DNA of 54,784 nucleotides, taken from contig JBDHAB010000040.1 in NCBI GenBank assembly GCA_039588295.1, positions 1-54,784 of the forward strand. The letters run 5' to 3'. Positions 8,992 to 19,361 of the stretch are shown piece by piece. The position numbers were made by a program, and so were the translations under genes. The notes below the pieces were generated by a model that was given only the letters and a program-made list of their open reading frames with translations, was not told the origin of the DNA and ran no database searches. The DNA comes from Gemmatimonadota bacterium. GTDB taxonomy: Bacteria > Gemmatimonadota > Gemmatimonadetes > Gemmatimonadales > GWC2-71-9. Within the stretch, counting starts at the first letter, position 1, and each line of letters opens with the position of its first letter.

Positions 8992-11831
8992 CAGTAGTTA
9001 AATCCGAAGAAGAAATCCACGAACCAGCGATCCTCGGACGGATCGACCACGGAGTACCCGAAGGTGTCGCCGAACGCAAAACGCCAGCCCATGTCCAGGC
9101 GAAGGACGAGCGGGAACCCAATGGGCATGCGCAGTCCGAAGCCGCCGCTCCCGATAATGCTGCGCCCGACGGACTGCGCGTTCCATGCACCGCCCACATC
9201 AACGAACAGCGCGCCCTGCACCCCCGGGAACCGCACTTCGCCGAATGGGAACCCGAGGGACACGAAATTGGTGATCGGGAATCGGAGCTCCTGATTGAGC
9301 ATGAACGCGCGACTGCCGCCGACGTTCCCGATACGCGGGTACCCCCGCATCCCCCACGGTCCACCGATGCTCACGCGCCGCGGCCGGCTCCCTCCCGCAT
9401 AGTACCCGAGGGCGCGAACGGCGTACGTCGTCTGCAAGCCGATGCGCCAATACTCGCGGTGATCGAGCGACAGGGTCCACGAATCGAACCGTCCGTTGCT
9501 CAAATCGTTCGTCAGACCGGCGGTCACATTGGTGCGTGAGCCGTCGATCGGCCCGCTGGGAAGCCACAGGGAGTTGTCGTGCACATAGCTCACGAAGTTG
9601 GACGCGAGCCACCCGACGCGGCGCTGATCACCATCCTGCACCAGCCGCGAGATGTCGAACCGATTGGATCGCTCGATGCGGATCTGCCCCTCGACCCGCT
9701 TGAACCGCGAAAAAGGCCAGCGTACGGAGCCAAAGCCGCCGACCGACGTCTCCTCGTACAGCGTGGCGAAATCGCCTTCATAGAACAATCCGCGCAGCCG
9801 GAACGCCCCGGCCCCCCAATTGAGTCGGTGCTTTCGGTTCAGATAGAAGACCGATCCGTTGATGTTGTCGATCAGACTCCCGAAGTTCTGGCCCTGGAAT
9901 GTCGAGCCCGTGACGTACAAGAGATGGTCGCTCAACAGATCGGAAAACTGGAAGACGATTCCCTGGGCCGACCCGACACCCGGGGCGATGACCGCGTCGC
10001 CGAACGCGAAGTCCAAACTGAGTCCGGGCTCGTACGGCTCCGGGTCGGCTCGGATGTACGGGGAACTCACGAGTTCCGGCCATCTCCACGTGACCGTGTC
10101 GACCGTCTCGGGCAGCGCCAACACTTGTCCGTTCGCCCGCGCCGAGTGATCCGGCGCCCCCCGGTACACCTTGAAGGTGAGGTCGGAGAACCCGCTGTAC
10201 AGGAGGCTCTGCTCTTCGGCAACCCACTGCGGGTCGAACGCGCCCGTGAGCGCGTTGGTCTCGCGGCGCCCGTGTCCTTCGGGGTCGACCGAATAGATGT
10301 CAAACACGCCGAGGCGATCGGACGCGAAGTAGATCCGGCCATCGGTGGCCCAGCGGGGTGATTGGTCCCGCCACGCCCCAAACGTCAACGGTCGTCGCTC
10401 GTTTCCGCTCAAGTCGAGGACATAGAGGTTGAGGGCACCGTCGGGCCCGAAGGGCGTGCGATCGGATGCGAACACGATCGACGCGCCGTCCGGGCTGAAG
10501 CTCGGATCGATGTCCTGATACCGATCGGCGGTAAGCTGTTCGCGACGTTCCTCGGCAATCCAAAGCCGGTAGAGGTCGGAGTAGCCTGACGTAGTGAGTC
10601 CGCTGAACACCACGCTCTCGCCGTCCGGCGCCCATGTGGGTGAGAGAATGGAGACGAGTTCCGGGAACTGATAGCGTCCGACGACGCGATTCTCGGTGAG
10701 GTCCCAGAAGAACAACGCATCTCGGTCGAGGTAGCGACTGGAGAAGACCGCGATGCCCTCTTGCACCTCGAGGCGCGATGCCTGTGAGTGAAAGGACTCG
10801 AACTGCTCGCTGCGCTCGCCCTTGACCTCGATGGTGCGCTGATCCGGCGCTCCGAGGATACCGGAGTAGATGTTCATGTAGCCGGAGCGTGGTGACAGAT
10901 ACAGGTAGCGCGTGACGGAATCACCGGGAAGGCGGTAGGCCACCGGCTTCACCGCCACCTCCGCCAGCGGCATGGCGGCGACATCCAACGGCTGCCGATC
11001 GGCCACCTGCGGGTAATAGGTCTGCTGAAAGTGAAAGGCGAGCTCATTTTCCAGCTCTGTGATCGGCACCCCGTACACGCCTTCCAGCGCGTCCGCAAAT
11101 GTTCGGTACTTCCAGAGATCGCGATACAGCACCTGGACCCGCCACGCCCCGAACCGCTCACCGAGCCAGCGATGAATGGCTCCGCCCAGCGGATAGACCA
11201 ACCCGCTGGTGAGCAACGCGAGGGATCGCAGCTTCGGCATACGACCCGAGAGCGTGATGTCCCGGAGCACGGCCTCGTCCAGCGCGTCCTCCCCACCCGA
11301 CCAGTACTCGGCAAGGCCCTCGGACCACCAGAGCGGCAATGACGGCCGCGCGGTTCTGGGATACCGGATCCGTGATTCGGTGAGCACACTCAGCTGGAAT
11401 GCGTGCACGAGCTCGTGCCGCAGCGTATGCCGAAACTCCGCGTAGTTGCCGTTGAACGGAACGGCAACGCGGCGCTTCAAGAACTCCGTCACCCCGAGGA
11501 TTCCCTCCGGCGGCACGAACGGCAGGATGTTCGTCTGCTCGAAGTCGGCGTGGAGTGCGTAGATGATGAGCGGAATCCGACGGCGGGGCGAGTGTCCGAA
11601 CTTCCGTTCCAGAACCCGGAAGCTCTCCTCGGTATAGGCGAGTGTGAGCGACGCGAGCTCCCGCTCTTCCGGGTAGAAGTGGACGTCGATGTGCTCTCCC
11701 TTGAGCACCTGCCAGTCGAAACTCCGATACTGGACCTTGTTGCGTCCGAAGTACCCGAGTTGGGCCCTGGCCGGCGCCACGAGCGTCAGGGTCGCGAGCC
11801 ACGCGGCAACGGGTATGATCCACCGGGCCAC
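8991..11831 (-). CDS. Omp85/BamA-TamA family protein with N-terminal HExxH peptidase-like and TolB-like propeller domains
   Basis: Signal peptide, HELVH, PD40-like repeats (PSFSPDG), MRGY lid motif, aromatic C-terminus FFFGFNY. Confidence 0.88.
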   Translation of the reverse strand: MARWIIPVAAWLATLTLVAPARAQLGYFGRNKVQYRSFDWQVLKGEHIDVHFYPEERELASLTLAYTEESFRVLERKFGHSPRRRIPLIIYALHADFEQTNILPFVPPEGILGVTEFLKRRVAVPFNGNYAEFRHTLRHELVHAFQLSVLTESRIRYPRTARPSLPLWWSEGLAEYWSGGEDALDEAVLRDITLSGRMPKLRSLALLTSGLVYPLGGAIHRWLGERFGAWRVQVLYRDLWKYRTFADALEGVYGVPITELENELAFHFQQTYYPQVADRQPLDVAAMPLAEVAVKPVAYRLPGDSVTRYLYLSPRSGYMNIYSGILGAPDQRTIEVKGERSEQFESFHSQASRLEVQEGIAVFSSRYLDRDALFFWDLTENRVVGRYQFPELVSILSPTWAPDGESVVFSGLTTSGYSDLYRLWIAEERREQLTADRYQDIDPSFSPDGASIVFASDRTPFGPDGALNLYVLDLSGNERRPLTFGAWRDQSPRWATDGRIYFASDRLGVFDIYSVDPEGHGRRETNALTGAFDPQWVAEEQSLLYSGFSDLTFKVYRGAPDHSARANGQVLALPETVDTVTWRWPELVSSPYIRADPEPYEPGLSLDFAFGDAVIAPGVGSAQGIVFQFSDLLSDHLLYVTGSTFQGQNFGSLIDNINGSVFYLNRKHRLNWGAGAFRLRGLFYEGDFATLYEETSVGGFGSVRWPFSRFKRVEGQIRIERSNRFDISRLVQDGDQRRVGWLASNFVSYVHDNSLWLPSGPIDGSRTNVTAGLTNDLSNGRFDSWTLSLDHREYWRIGLQTTYAVRALGYYAGGSRPRRVSIGGPWGMRGYPRIGNVGGSRAFMLNQELRFPITNFVSLGFPFGEVRFPGVQGALFVDVGGAWNAQSVGRSIIGSGGFGLRMPIGFPLVLRLDMGWRFAFGDTFGYSVVDPSEDRWFVDFFFGFNY

Positions 11832-11832
11832 G

Positions 11833-13926
11833 TCAGGGTCTCCTCACCGTGCGGATCCGGTCGCCCTGGGTGACCCGATCCACGACGTCCATGCCGGACT
11901 GCACGGTACCGATGACCGTGTAGGTCCCGTCCAGGTGGGGTTGCGGGGTGTGGGTGATAAAGAACTGGCTGCCACCCGTGTCTGGCCCGGACAGCGCGAT
12001 GCCGACGGTTCCCCGGCCGTAGCCGCGGCGACTGACCTCATCCCGGATGCTGAAACCGGGGCCGCCCCAACCATCGCCGCGAGGGTCACCGCCCTGAATC
12101 ACGAAATTGGGCACCACGCGGTGCCAGACCCCGTTGTCAAAGTACTGTCGGTCTACAAGCTCGAGCAGCGCATTCACGGTCAGTGGGGCGTCCGCTGCAA
12201 ACAGCTGAATGACGATGCGGCCGCGGTCCGTCTCGAGCACGAGGCTGGGTGTCTCCACCGCCCGTTCCGCGGGCAGCAGGAGGCGCCGCGCGATATCCCG
12301 ATAATCGCCGATGTCTCGCCCGGTTTGGATCGGGTGCGCCCCGCCCCAGCGGCGCGCCGCCATCGGTAGGTGCTCCTCCGCCGCACCCCGCACCAGGTAG
12401 TCCTCGCAAGTCGGGTACCGACCGAGAAACGCATCCTCGACCTCGAACGCCTGGGACGGACCCAGCGCCGCGATGGCGCCGAGGGCTTCGACGACGGCAA
12501 CGCGGGCATCGGGAATCGGATCGCCCAGGGCGAGCTCGTAGGCGGCGATGAGTCGGGCCAAGTCACTGGGGCGCGGCCAGCGACGTACGCGCTCGGCCGC
12601 GTGGCGACGTACGACCGGATCCCGATGTGTCAGCAGCTCTCCCACGAGGTCACGGGTCGTCACACTGTCGGCTCCATCGAGAACGCTGAGCGCGCTTGCC
12701 ACGACCCGTCCGTCGGAATCCTCGAGCAGCAGCTCGAGCCAACCCAACGCCGTGTCGCCGCCGATCACACCGAGGACCTGCGCACCGCCCGAGCGGAGCC
12801 GCCAGTCGGCATTCGTGATCCACGCCGCCGTCTTGACAAGCGCAGTCGCGCGGTCCACGCGCGCGAGACCCGCAAGCGCCTGTTGACGGGCCGCGAGGAG
12901 GCGATCGGCCTCGTGCTGGATCAGCACATCTCGGGATTCCGAGTCGGCGAGTCGCGCCAATGTGGCGAGCGCAACCACGCGAACGTTCGGCTCCGGATCC
13001 GATAATCGGTCGATGACCGGCCCCGCGAGCGCCCGGTCATCATAGGTGCCAAGCGTGCGCAGGGCGTTCACGCGCACACCCATGACGGAATCCTCCGTGA
13101 GCCGGGTCAGTGCCTGCGCAGCGGCGGCCCCGAGCCCCGAGGAGTCAGCGAAGCTGCTGGTGAGCGCACGCGCGGCGTGGTCCCGAATCTCCGGATCCGC
13201 ATGATTGGCGGCATTGAGCAGCACGCCACCGGCCTGCCGCGGGCGCAGGCGTGACAGCGAATACAGTGCCCGCCGGCGCACTTGCAGCTCCCCCGACTCG
13301 GCGAGCTGCACGAGCGTCGTCACCGGCGCATCCGCACCGAGTCGCCACGCGTCCCCGACGGCCCGCACAGCGACCGCAGGCGCACCACCGGATTGCAGCG
13401 TGGATGTGGTCTGCGTGAACACCTCGGCGAAGATGGAGCCGGCCTCCGGACCCCCGATCTTCGCGATCGCCGAAATGGCCTCGTCGCTCACGCCCGTCTG
13501 ACCGGCCGTGACGGCGCTCAGCACCCGCGTCCGCAACGGGCCGAGCGCTGAGGGGTCGGCGATCAGGCCGAGTGCGAAGGCCGCGTCCTGTTGCACGATG
13601 CTGTCTTCGTCGGTCAACAGGTCGAGCAGGGTGGGAAGTGCCGCCGGATCGCCAATACGTCCCATGGCCAGGGCCGCGTGGCGCCGAACGATCGGGTCAG
13701 GGAATCTCGCGGCTGCTGACAGCACCGCGCCATTGTACTGGCGTGCGTCTTCGGCTGCCAGCACGCCGGCCAACTGGTCGACCACGGCCTCGTCCTGCGC
13801 CCGGAGGGCAGCGGCCGGCAGCCCGGTCGCAAGGACGAGCAGGAGGAGATGGACGCTAGAGCCGCACGGGATCGGGTGCCTGGATGAACTTCTTCCGAAT
13901 GCTCGCGGGGATCGCGGTGGGAACAT
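11833..13926 (-). CDS. Exported HEAT-repeat protein with C-terminal cyclophilin-type peptidyl-prolyl isomerase (start uncertain)
   Basis: HEAT repeats. HRVVPNFVIQGGDP, GSQFFIT and HLDGTYT motifs. Confidence 0.9.
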   Translation of the reverse strand: MFPPRSPRAFGRSSSRHPIPCGSSVHLLLLVLATGLPAAALRAQDEAVVDQLAGVLAAEDARQYNGAVLSAAARFPDPIVRRHAALAMGRIGDPAALPTLLDLLTDEDSIVQQDAAFALGLIADPSALGPLRTRVLSAVTAGQTGVSDEAISAIAKIGGPEAGSIFAEVFTQTTSTLQSGGAPAVAVRAVGDAWRLGADAPVTTLVQLAESGELQVRRRALYSLSRLRPRQAGGVLLNAANHADPEIRDHAARALTSSFADSSGLGAAAAQALTRLTEDSVMGVRVNALRTLGTYDDRALAGPVIDRLSDPEPNVRVVALATLARLADSESRDVLIQHEADRLLAARQQALAGLARVDRATALVKTAAWITNADWRLRSGGAQVLGVIGGDTALGWLELLLEDSDGRVVASALSVLDGADSVTTRDLVGELLTHRDPVVRRHAAERVRRWPRPSDLARLIAAYELALGDPIPDARVAVVEALGAIAALGPSQAFEVEDAFLGRYPTCEDYLVRGAAEEHLPMAARRWGGAHPIQTGRDIGDYRDIARRLLLPAERAVETPSLVLETDRGRIVIQLFAADAPLTVNALLELVDRQYFDNGVWHRVVPNFVIQGGDPRGDGWGGPGFSIRDEVSRRGYGRGTVGIALSGPDTGGSQFFITHTPQPHLDGTYTVIGTVQSGMDVVDRVTQGDRIRTVRRP

Positions 13927-14284
13927 GTGTAGAATCTACCGCGACAAGCGCCGTTTGTGCCGTCGCCAGGATCGTTCCGGCTGCGCCATCCTCCACGAGG
14001 TAGCCGAACACCACGCGCCGACTCTCGACCTGCCGGACCCAGCAGCGCACCTGGATCACATCGTCGTACCGGGCCGGTTGCCGGTATCGCACGTGCGCCT
14101 CGACCACGGGAAGGCGCAGCCCCTGTTCCTCGAGGTCCCGGTAGCGGACTCCCAAGCGACGCATGTGATCGGTGCGAGCCTGCTCACACCACACCAGGTA
14201 GTTGGAGTGGTGCGCGACACCCATCTGGTCGGTTTCGGCGTAGCGTACGCGAAACTCGATCGTGGTCACGGCGTTCGGTTCCAT
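13856..14284 (-). CDS. Acyl-CoA thioesterase (YbgC/FadM hotdog family)
   Basis: RVRYAETDQMGVAHHSNY motif. Confidence 0.92.
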   Translation of the reverse strand: MEPNAVTTIEFRVRYAETDQMGVAHHSNYLVWCEQARTDHMRRLGVRYRDLEEQGLRLPVVEAHVRYRQPARYDDVIQVRCWVRQVESRRVVFGYLVEDGAAGTILATAQTALVAVDSTHVPTAIPASIRKKFIQAPDPVRL

Positions 14285-14323
14285 GCTCCAAGTTGCCTTA
14301 CCGGAGGATGTGAGCGGTTGCTC

Positions 14324-14596
14324 CTACTCGACGAGCACCACCTCGTCCACCACACCCGCGATGACGGCTCTCACCGCACCCGGGTCGATTCCCAGAATCT
14401 GCCGGGCGCCGTTCCCTTCGTCGATCACCAGCACGGTGTCGCCGGGTCCCGCCTGCGCCACGTCTACCGCGATGTCGTAGCTGCCGGTCTCCTGGCCGTC
14501 GAGGTCCAACTGGTTCACGAGCAGCAACCGGCGCCCCTCGAGGTGAGCGATCTTGATGGTGGCGACCACCGAGCCGACGACCTTGCCGATGTACAC
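14324..14596 (-). CDS. BMC vertex protein (BMC-P, EutN/CcmL family) #3
   Basis: GKVVGSVVAT.K...AVD..QAGPGD.VL...GVVD. Confidence 0.93.
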   Translation of the reverse strand: MYIGKVVGSVVATIKIAHLEGRRLLLVNQLDLDGQETGSYDIAVDVAQAGPGDTVLVIDEGNGARQILGIDPGAVRAVIAGVVDEVVLVE

Positions 14597-14598
14597 GG

Positions 14599-14928
14599 TC
14601 AGCGCCCCGTGGCCGGTGGCCGGTGCCACGTTGCCGTCGGCCGGTCGCGGCGGATCCCCTGCTCTACGCTCACCTCGTCGATGATCCCGGTGATTGCCAG
14701 GTCGACGGGAACGACCACTTTGGGCAACGCTTGTGCCCCTTCGCGGCTCGCCACCATGCAAACGAGGTGCCCCGGGCCCGCTTGCGCGGTTGCATCCGCG
14801 GCAACCTCGGGCGCACCGCGCGGCCGTCGCTCCTCATCGAGCGGCTGGACCACCAAGAGCTTGATGCCCTCGAGGCCCTCGTACTTGTGGGTGGCCACCA
14901 CCGTCCCGACTACACGCGCGAATTTCAC
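14599..14928 (-). CDS. BMC vertex protein (BMC-P, EutN/CcmL family) #2 with C-terminal extension
   Basis: ARVVGTVVATHK...PVDLAITGIID. GTG start overlaps the upstream stop. Confidence 0.92.
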   Translation of the reverse strand: MKFARVVGTVVATHKYEGLEGIKLLVVQPLDEERRPRGAPEVAADATAQAGPGHLVCMVASREGAQALPKVVVPVDLAITGIIDEVSVEQGIRRDRPTATWHRPPATGR

Positions 14929-15515
14929 AGCCGCTCCAGCACCCGTGCGCTGAACCGTGTGGCGTCGGACACGTTCTCCCACATCTCCCGATGCAGCTGC
15001 GAGATCACGACCTTCCGCACGAGCAGCCCGGGTCGGTGGAGCGCCCGCACGCCGATCTCCACCGCCGCTTCCACGTTCGCCACCAGGCCGGAATAGAGCA
15101 CGATTCCCTTGCCGCCGAGTCCGTCGGCCAGCCGGACCTCGACCAGGCGCACGTCCGCGCCTTTGATGCCGGAGTCAGCGGCGTGGATGGCGGCGGCGAC
15201 GGTCGTCGTCTCCACCACCCCGAGTGCGTCGGTGACACTGGGCACACGGCCACCGCCGATGGCCTGCACGACATCGCCGTGGACGTGCGGCAGGAAGACG
15301 TGGTCGAGCACGGCATCCCCGCCGACTTCCCGCCCCGCGGCGAGTGACTCCTGAACCTCCGCCACGGTCCCGCCGATCAGCACCAGGTACCGGCCCGGCT
15401 GGACCGTTCCGGCTCGCAGGACGTCAATCTCGGCGCGCTTGACCATCGCGTCTGCCGCCTGGATGCCGACCGCGATACTGCTGAAATCGACCAGCGCAAG
15501 AGCAGGTTCAATCAT
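14925..15515 (-). CDS. BMC trimer shell protein (tandem BMC domain, PduT-like BMC-T)
   Basis: SIAVGIQAADAMVK...PGRYLV and ALGVVETTT..AAI.AAD...LADGLGGKG. An alternative ATG lies at 15542. Confidence 0.92.
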   Translation of the reverse strand: MIEPALALVDFSSIAVGIQAADAMVKRAEIDVLRAGTVQPGRYLVLIGGTVAEVQESLAAGREVGGDAVLDHVFLPHVHGDVVQAIGGGRVPSVTDALGVVETTTVAAAIHAADSGIKGADVRLVEVRLADGLGGKGIVLYSGLVANVEAAVEIGVRALHRPGLLVRKVVISQLHREMWENVSDATRFSARVLERL

Positions 15516-15546
15516 GCTGTGTGGTTTTCCCTTGGTCGCCATGTGG

Positions 15547-17022
15547 TCACACGATCCGGAAAGAGTCTTTCAGCACACAGCGCCGGATGCGACTGAAGCT
15601 GATCGGGCTGGTGATCCCTTCGCCGGTCGGGCTCGCGATGGTGAAGGAGCAGAAGCCCTCACCGCCATAGCCGAGCCCGTCGAACGACGCACCATTCTTG
15701 ACGAAGATGCTGCAGTCCATCTCGCGAGCCATGCGACTCAGATGGTCGAGGTTCTTGGAGTGCATGACCGCCGTATGCCGGAACCCGTGCTCGGCCTGCT
15801 TCGCGAGATCGATACCTTCGTTTGCGTGCTGCACACGAACGAGCGGCAGGATGGGCATCATCTGCTCCGAGAACACCAAGGGGTCGTCCCGCTCGACTTC
15901 GGCGAGAACCAACCGCACCTCGTCGCCCGCCTCGATACCGGCTTCACGCAGGAGCACGGAGGCGTTCTTCCCGATGAACTCGATGTTCATGGTTCCGTGA
16001 CGACCGGCCTGTGGTGTGTCCTTGAAGATCGAGCGCCGCAAGCGGTCCAGCTGACGGCCGTCGACCTCCACGGCCCCGTGCGCCTGCATGACGCGCTTGA
16101 GCTCGTCGGCAATGGTGCCGACGGCAAACACTTCCTTCTCGTCAGTGCACACAATGTTGTTGTCGAACGAGGCGCCCCGCGTGAGGTCACGGCCCGCCTG
16201 CTCGAGGTCTGCGGTCTCGTCCACCACCACGGGTGGGTTACCCGGTCCGGCGCAAATCGCCCGCTTGCCGCTCGCCATGGCCGCGCGGACCACGGCGGCG
16301 CCGCCGGTTACCGTCAGCAGGTTCACCTCCCGGTGCGCCATGATCTGCTGGGCGGTCTCGAGGGTCGGTTCGGCGATCGCACAGACGAGATTCGCCGGAC
16401 CGCCGGCCTCAACCACGGCATCGTTGATGAGCTGCACGACGCGGTTCGAGCAGCAGCGCGCCCCGGGATGGGCGTTGAATACCACCGCGTTGCCGGCCGC
16501 CACCATGCTCACGCTATTGCAGACGACGGTCGAAATCGGGTTGGTGCTGGGGATGATGGATCCGATGAGACCGTACGGTGCGAACTCAACCACCGTCAGC
16601 CCTCCATCGCCGCTCCACGCGCTCGTATCGAGGAACTCTGTTCCCGGTGCCTTGTTGGCGTTGAGCAGCACCTTCTCGATCTTGTCCTCGTACCGGCCCA
16701 TTCCCGTTTCTTGCCATGCGTCGTACGCCAGCGGCTGGGCGTTCTCGCGAACCGTTCGCCGGATGTGGGCGATCATCTGTTCGCGGACCGAAAGCGGAAG
16801 GTTCTGGAGCTCCTCGAAGGCTTGACGTGCGGCACGTACCGCACCGTCGACGTCGGGGAACAGGTTGTCGCGGTGGCGGGGCTCCGCTGCCGGCTGCGGC
16901 GGGACGGCAGGCGGCGTCGGTGTAGGTGACGGACGGGGACCGTGCCGGACGCGCTCCGAGTGCTGCAGCTCGGACATCACCCGGTCGATGACGGCCCGAA
17001 TTTGGACGTCGTCCATGGTCAC
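15547..17022 (-). CDS. CoA-acylating aldehyde dehydrogenase (EutE/PduP family) with N-terminal encapsulation peptide
   Basis: PSTNP, AGPGNPP, catalytic [11 protein letters not shown] and [10 protein letters not shown] motifs. N-terminal helix [16 protein letters not shown] plus Pro-rich linker. Confidence 0.95.
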   Translation of the reverse strand: MTMDDVQIRAVIDRVMSELQHSERVRHGPRPSPTPTPPAVPPQPAAEPRHRDNLFPDVDGAVRAARQAFEELQNLPLSVREQMIAHIRRTVRENAQPLAYDAWQETGMGRYEDKIEKVLLNANKAPGTEFLDTSAWSGDGGLTVVEFAPYGLIGSIIPSTNPISTVVCNSVSMVAAGNAVVFNAHPGARCCSNRVVQLINDAVVEAGGPANLVCAIAEPTLETAQQIMAHREVNLLTVTGGAAVVRAAMASGKRAICAGPGNPPVVVDETADLEQAGRDLTRGASFDNNIVCTDEKEVFAVGTIADELKRVMQAHGAVEVDGRQLDRLRRSIFKDTPQAGRHGTMNIEFIGKNASVLLREAGIEAGDEVRLVLAEVERDDPLVFSEQMMPILPLVRVQHANEGIDLAKQAEHGFRHTAVMHSKNLDHLSRMAREMDCSIFVKNGASFDGLGYGGEGFCSFTIASPTGEGITSPISFSRIRRCVLKDSFRIV

Positions 17023-17318
17023 CGATCCTTGGCCTTGTCGTACTTCACGTCACCGTCGACCTCCACGGTGTCGACGATCGCCATGATGACGCCATCGACC
17101 GGACGCCGATCGGTCATTTTGGTCTGTCGTGCCGAGCTTCCCGTGGCGTACAGCACCACCTCTCCCAATCCGGCGCCGACGGCGTCGGCTGCCACCTGGT
17201 AGCCACCCGTTTCCTTCCCCTCGACGTCCAGCTGCTTGAGGACAAGGAACTTTACGCCGTCCAAGGAAGGTTCTTTGCGCGTTGCCACGAGTGTCCCGAC
17301 CACTCTTCCTAGCAGCAT
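17019..17318 (-). CDS. BMC vertex protein (BMC-P, EutN/CcmL family) #1
   Basis: [12 protein letters not shown]...[17 protein letters not shown]...PVD.VIMAIVD. Confidence 0.95.
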   Translation of the reverse strand: MLLGRVVGTLVATRKEPSLDGVKFLVLKQLDVEGKETGGYQVAADAVGAGLGEVVLYATGSSARQTKMTDRRPVDGVIMAIVDTVEVDGDVKYDKAKDR

Positions 17319-17432
17319 AGCCAGCTCCGTTCGCAAACCGGAGGACTCCCACGGCCTTCGGAATCGGGCGCGCCGTCGGCCCGCCCGTTGGACGGACCGA
17401 CGGCCGCAGGGCCTCCGGGGCCCAGCAGTGGG

Positions 17433-17759
17433 TTACTTCTTACCCGACTTCCCGCCGTCGCCACCTTGGCGACCGAGCGGAAGGGCGCGGTCCACGTTTG
17501 CGTGGGGCCGCGGGATGACATGAATGGCCACGAGCTCGCCGACCTTCTTGGCACCCTGCGCACCGGCTTCGACCGCGGCCTTGACCGCGGCGACGTCGCC
17601 ACGCACCACGGCGGTGACGTGCCCTCCGCCTGTCTTCTCGTACGCCACCAGCTCGACCTTGGCCGCCTTGACCATGGCATCGGCCGCCTCGACCATTGCT
17701 GGATAGCTGCGCGTCTCGATCATGCCGAGCGCTTCGATCGCCAGATACTCCTCAGCCAT
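17433..17759 (-). CDS. BMC hexamer shell protein (BMC-H, PduA/EutM family)
   Basis: ALGMIETR...[11 protein letters not shown]...[11 protein letters not shown]...HVIPRPH. Confidence 0.96.
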   Translation of the reverse strand: MAEEYLAIEALGMIETRSYPAMVEAADAMVKAAKVELVAYEKTGGGHVTAVVRGDVAAVKAAVEAGAQGAKKVGELVAIHVIPRPHANVDRALPLGRQGGDGGKSGKK

Positions 17760-17801
17760 TACTGCCTCCCGACGTCGGTTGGATGATCACGTTCCCCACT
17801 A

Positions 17802-18440
17802 TCAATCACGGCGCTTTGTCTCGACGGTTCGGCCACTGACTCCCTCGATGGCGGCCACCGCCGCACCGTACCCTGCCATGATGTCCCGTTCCTCCCCGCC
17901 CAAGTACACTCGCCCGAAGCTGCCGAACGCGCGGACGTCCAGAATGCTGATGTTGGCTTCTTTCTCCGCCTCGTTGGCGGCAAGCGCCGCGTAGCCGGCG
18001 GGCTCAACCTCCAGCACGTACAGCGTCTGGCCAGCCAGCAGCATGTGGCCGTACCGCATGCGGTTGACCAGCTGTACCTGATGGGCGTCGACGTGCCGAA
18101 TGATCTGACTCGAGACGACGCGCGGTTGGATGCGATCGGACTCGGACACCCCGAGCGCGCCGAGGATCGCCGCACCGGCGGCCCGTACCTCGGCCTGGAC
18201 TTCGTGATGCACCTCCAGCAGTCCGAACAATCGCTCGACGACCTGCATTCCGGGACGGACCCTCGTGGACTTGAGGGCGATATCGGTGATCCGGTTGATC
18301 TCGATGCCGGGAGAGATCTCTACCCACAAGGACGTGTCTCCCGGCAGCGGGAGGAACCCGCGCGCCACCGTGCCCAGGTACGCCGCATGCTGCGGCTGCA
18401 GGTTGTCGAGGAACGCGTACGTACGAAGATCAACTGACAT
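17802..18440 (-). CDS. BMC permuted trimer shell protein (CcmP/CsoS1D-like double-stacking BMC-T)
   Basis: [32 protein letters not shown] and AANEAEK...FGR motifs. Confidence 0.9.
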   Translation of the reverse strand: MSVDLRTYAFLDNLQPQHAAYLGTVARGFLPLPGDTSLWVEISPGIEINRITDIALKSTRVRPGMQVVERLFGLLEVHHEVQAEVRAAGAAILGALGVSESDRIQPRVVSSQIIRHVDAHQVQLVNRMRYGHMLLAGQTLYVLEVEPAGYAALAANEAEKEANISILDVRAFGSFGRVYLGGEERDIMAGYGAAVAAIEGVSGRTVETKRRD

Positions 18441-18449
18441 TCGCAGTCC

Positions 18450-19319
18450 TCACGATTCGGATTCCTGAATGATCTTGACGCTGGCACTGGCGCCGATCCT
18501 GCTGGCCCCGGCCGCGATCATCTTTTGTGCGTCGGCGTAGCTACGGATCCCGCCCGCCGCTTTGACTCCCATCTTGGGGCCTACCACCCGGCGCATCAGC
18601 GCGACATCGTCGGTCGTCGCGCCGCCGGGTCCGAACCCGGTGGACGTCTTGACGAAATCGGCGCCGGTCATCTTGGCGAGCTGGCTTGCAGCCACCTTCT
18701 CCTCGTCGGTGAGGAGCGCAGCCTCGATGATCACTTTGAGGATCGCACCGCCGGCATGGCACGCCCGCGCCACCGACGCGATGTCGCGCTCCACCCGTTC
18801 ATAGTCGCGTGACTTGAGTGCGCCGACGTTGATCACCATGTCGACCTCCGTGGCACCATCCCGAATCGCTTTCTGGGCCTCGAACACTTTCGCGTCCGTC
18901 GAGGTCGCACCCAGCGGGAACCCCACGACGGTGCAGATGAGCACGTCACTGCCCTTCAAGAGGTCGGCACACAGCTTCACGTTGGACGGGTTGATACACA
19001 CCGAGGCGAACCCGTGCTTGCGAGCTTCGTAGCAGAGTTGCGCGATCTCATCTTGGGTCGCGTCGGGCTTGAGCAACGTGTGATCGATCATGTGGCTCAA
19101 GGTGCCGTCCGTGGGCGCGGCGCCCAGCGTGCTCGCAATGCGGTCGGCGCCCGCGTTGACGACCGGCTGCACCCGGTCGACGTAGTTCTGGGGGGACAGG
19201 GTCGGTGCGCCGTTGCCGCCCGTCTGATCGGGGGACACGCGCTGCTCCTGCACCAGGACCAGGACCTGGTGTGTGATCTGCTCGATGAGCCGCTCGAGGG
19301 TCTCGTCGTCAAACTGCAT
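18450..19319 (-). CDS. deoC: Deoxyribose-phosphate aldolase with N-terminal encapsulation peptide
   Basis: [28 protein letters not shown] and GVKAAGGIR motifs. ~70-aa N-terminal extension starting [17 protein letters not shown]. Confidence 0.96.
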   Translation of the reverse strand: MQFDDETLERLIEQITHQVLVLVQEQRVSPDQTGGNGAPTLSPQNYVDRVQPVVNAGADRIASTLGAAPTDGTLSHMIDHTLLKPDATQDEIAQLCYEARKHGFASVCINPSNVKLCADLLKGSDVLICTVVGFPLGATSTDAKVFEAQKAIRDGATEVDMVINVGALKSRDYERVERDIASVARACHAGGAILKVIIEAALLTDEEKVAASQLAKMTGADFVKTSTGFGPGGATTDDVALMRRVVGPKMGVKAAGGIRSYADAQKMIAAGASRIGASASVKIIQESES

Positions 19320-19361
19320 GCCCGGCCCGCCTCCGTTGCGTCCGGTCGCTCGCCACCGCTC

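Noticed and set aside
13508..14953. 481-aa plus-strand ORF
   Set aside because: Antisense shadow of the cyclophilin, thioesterase and vertex genes. Expected in high-GC DNA.
15439..16929. 496-aa plus-strand ORF
   Set aside because: Antisense to the aldehyde dehydrogenase with no motifs.
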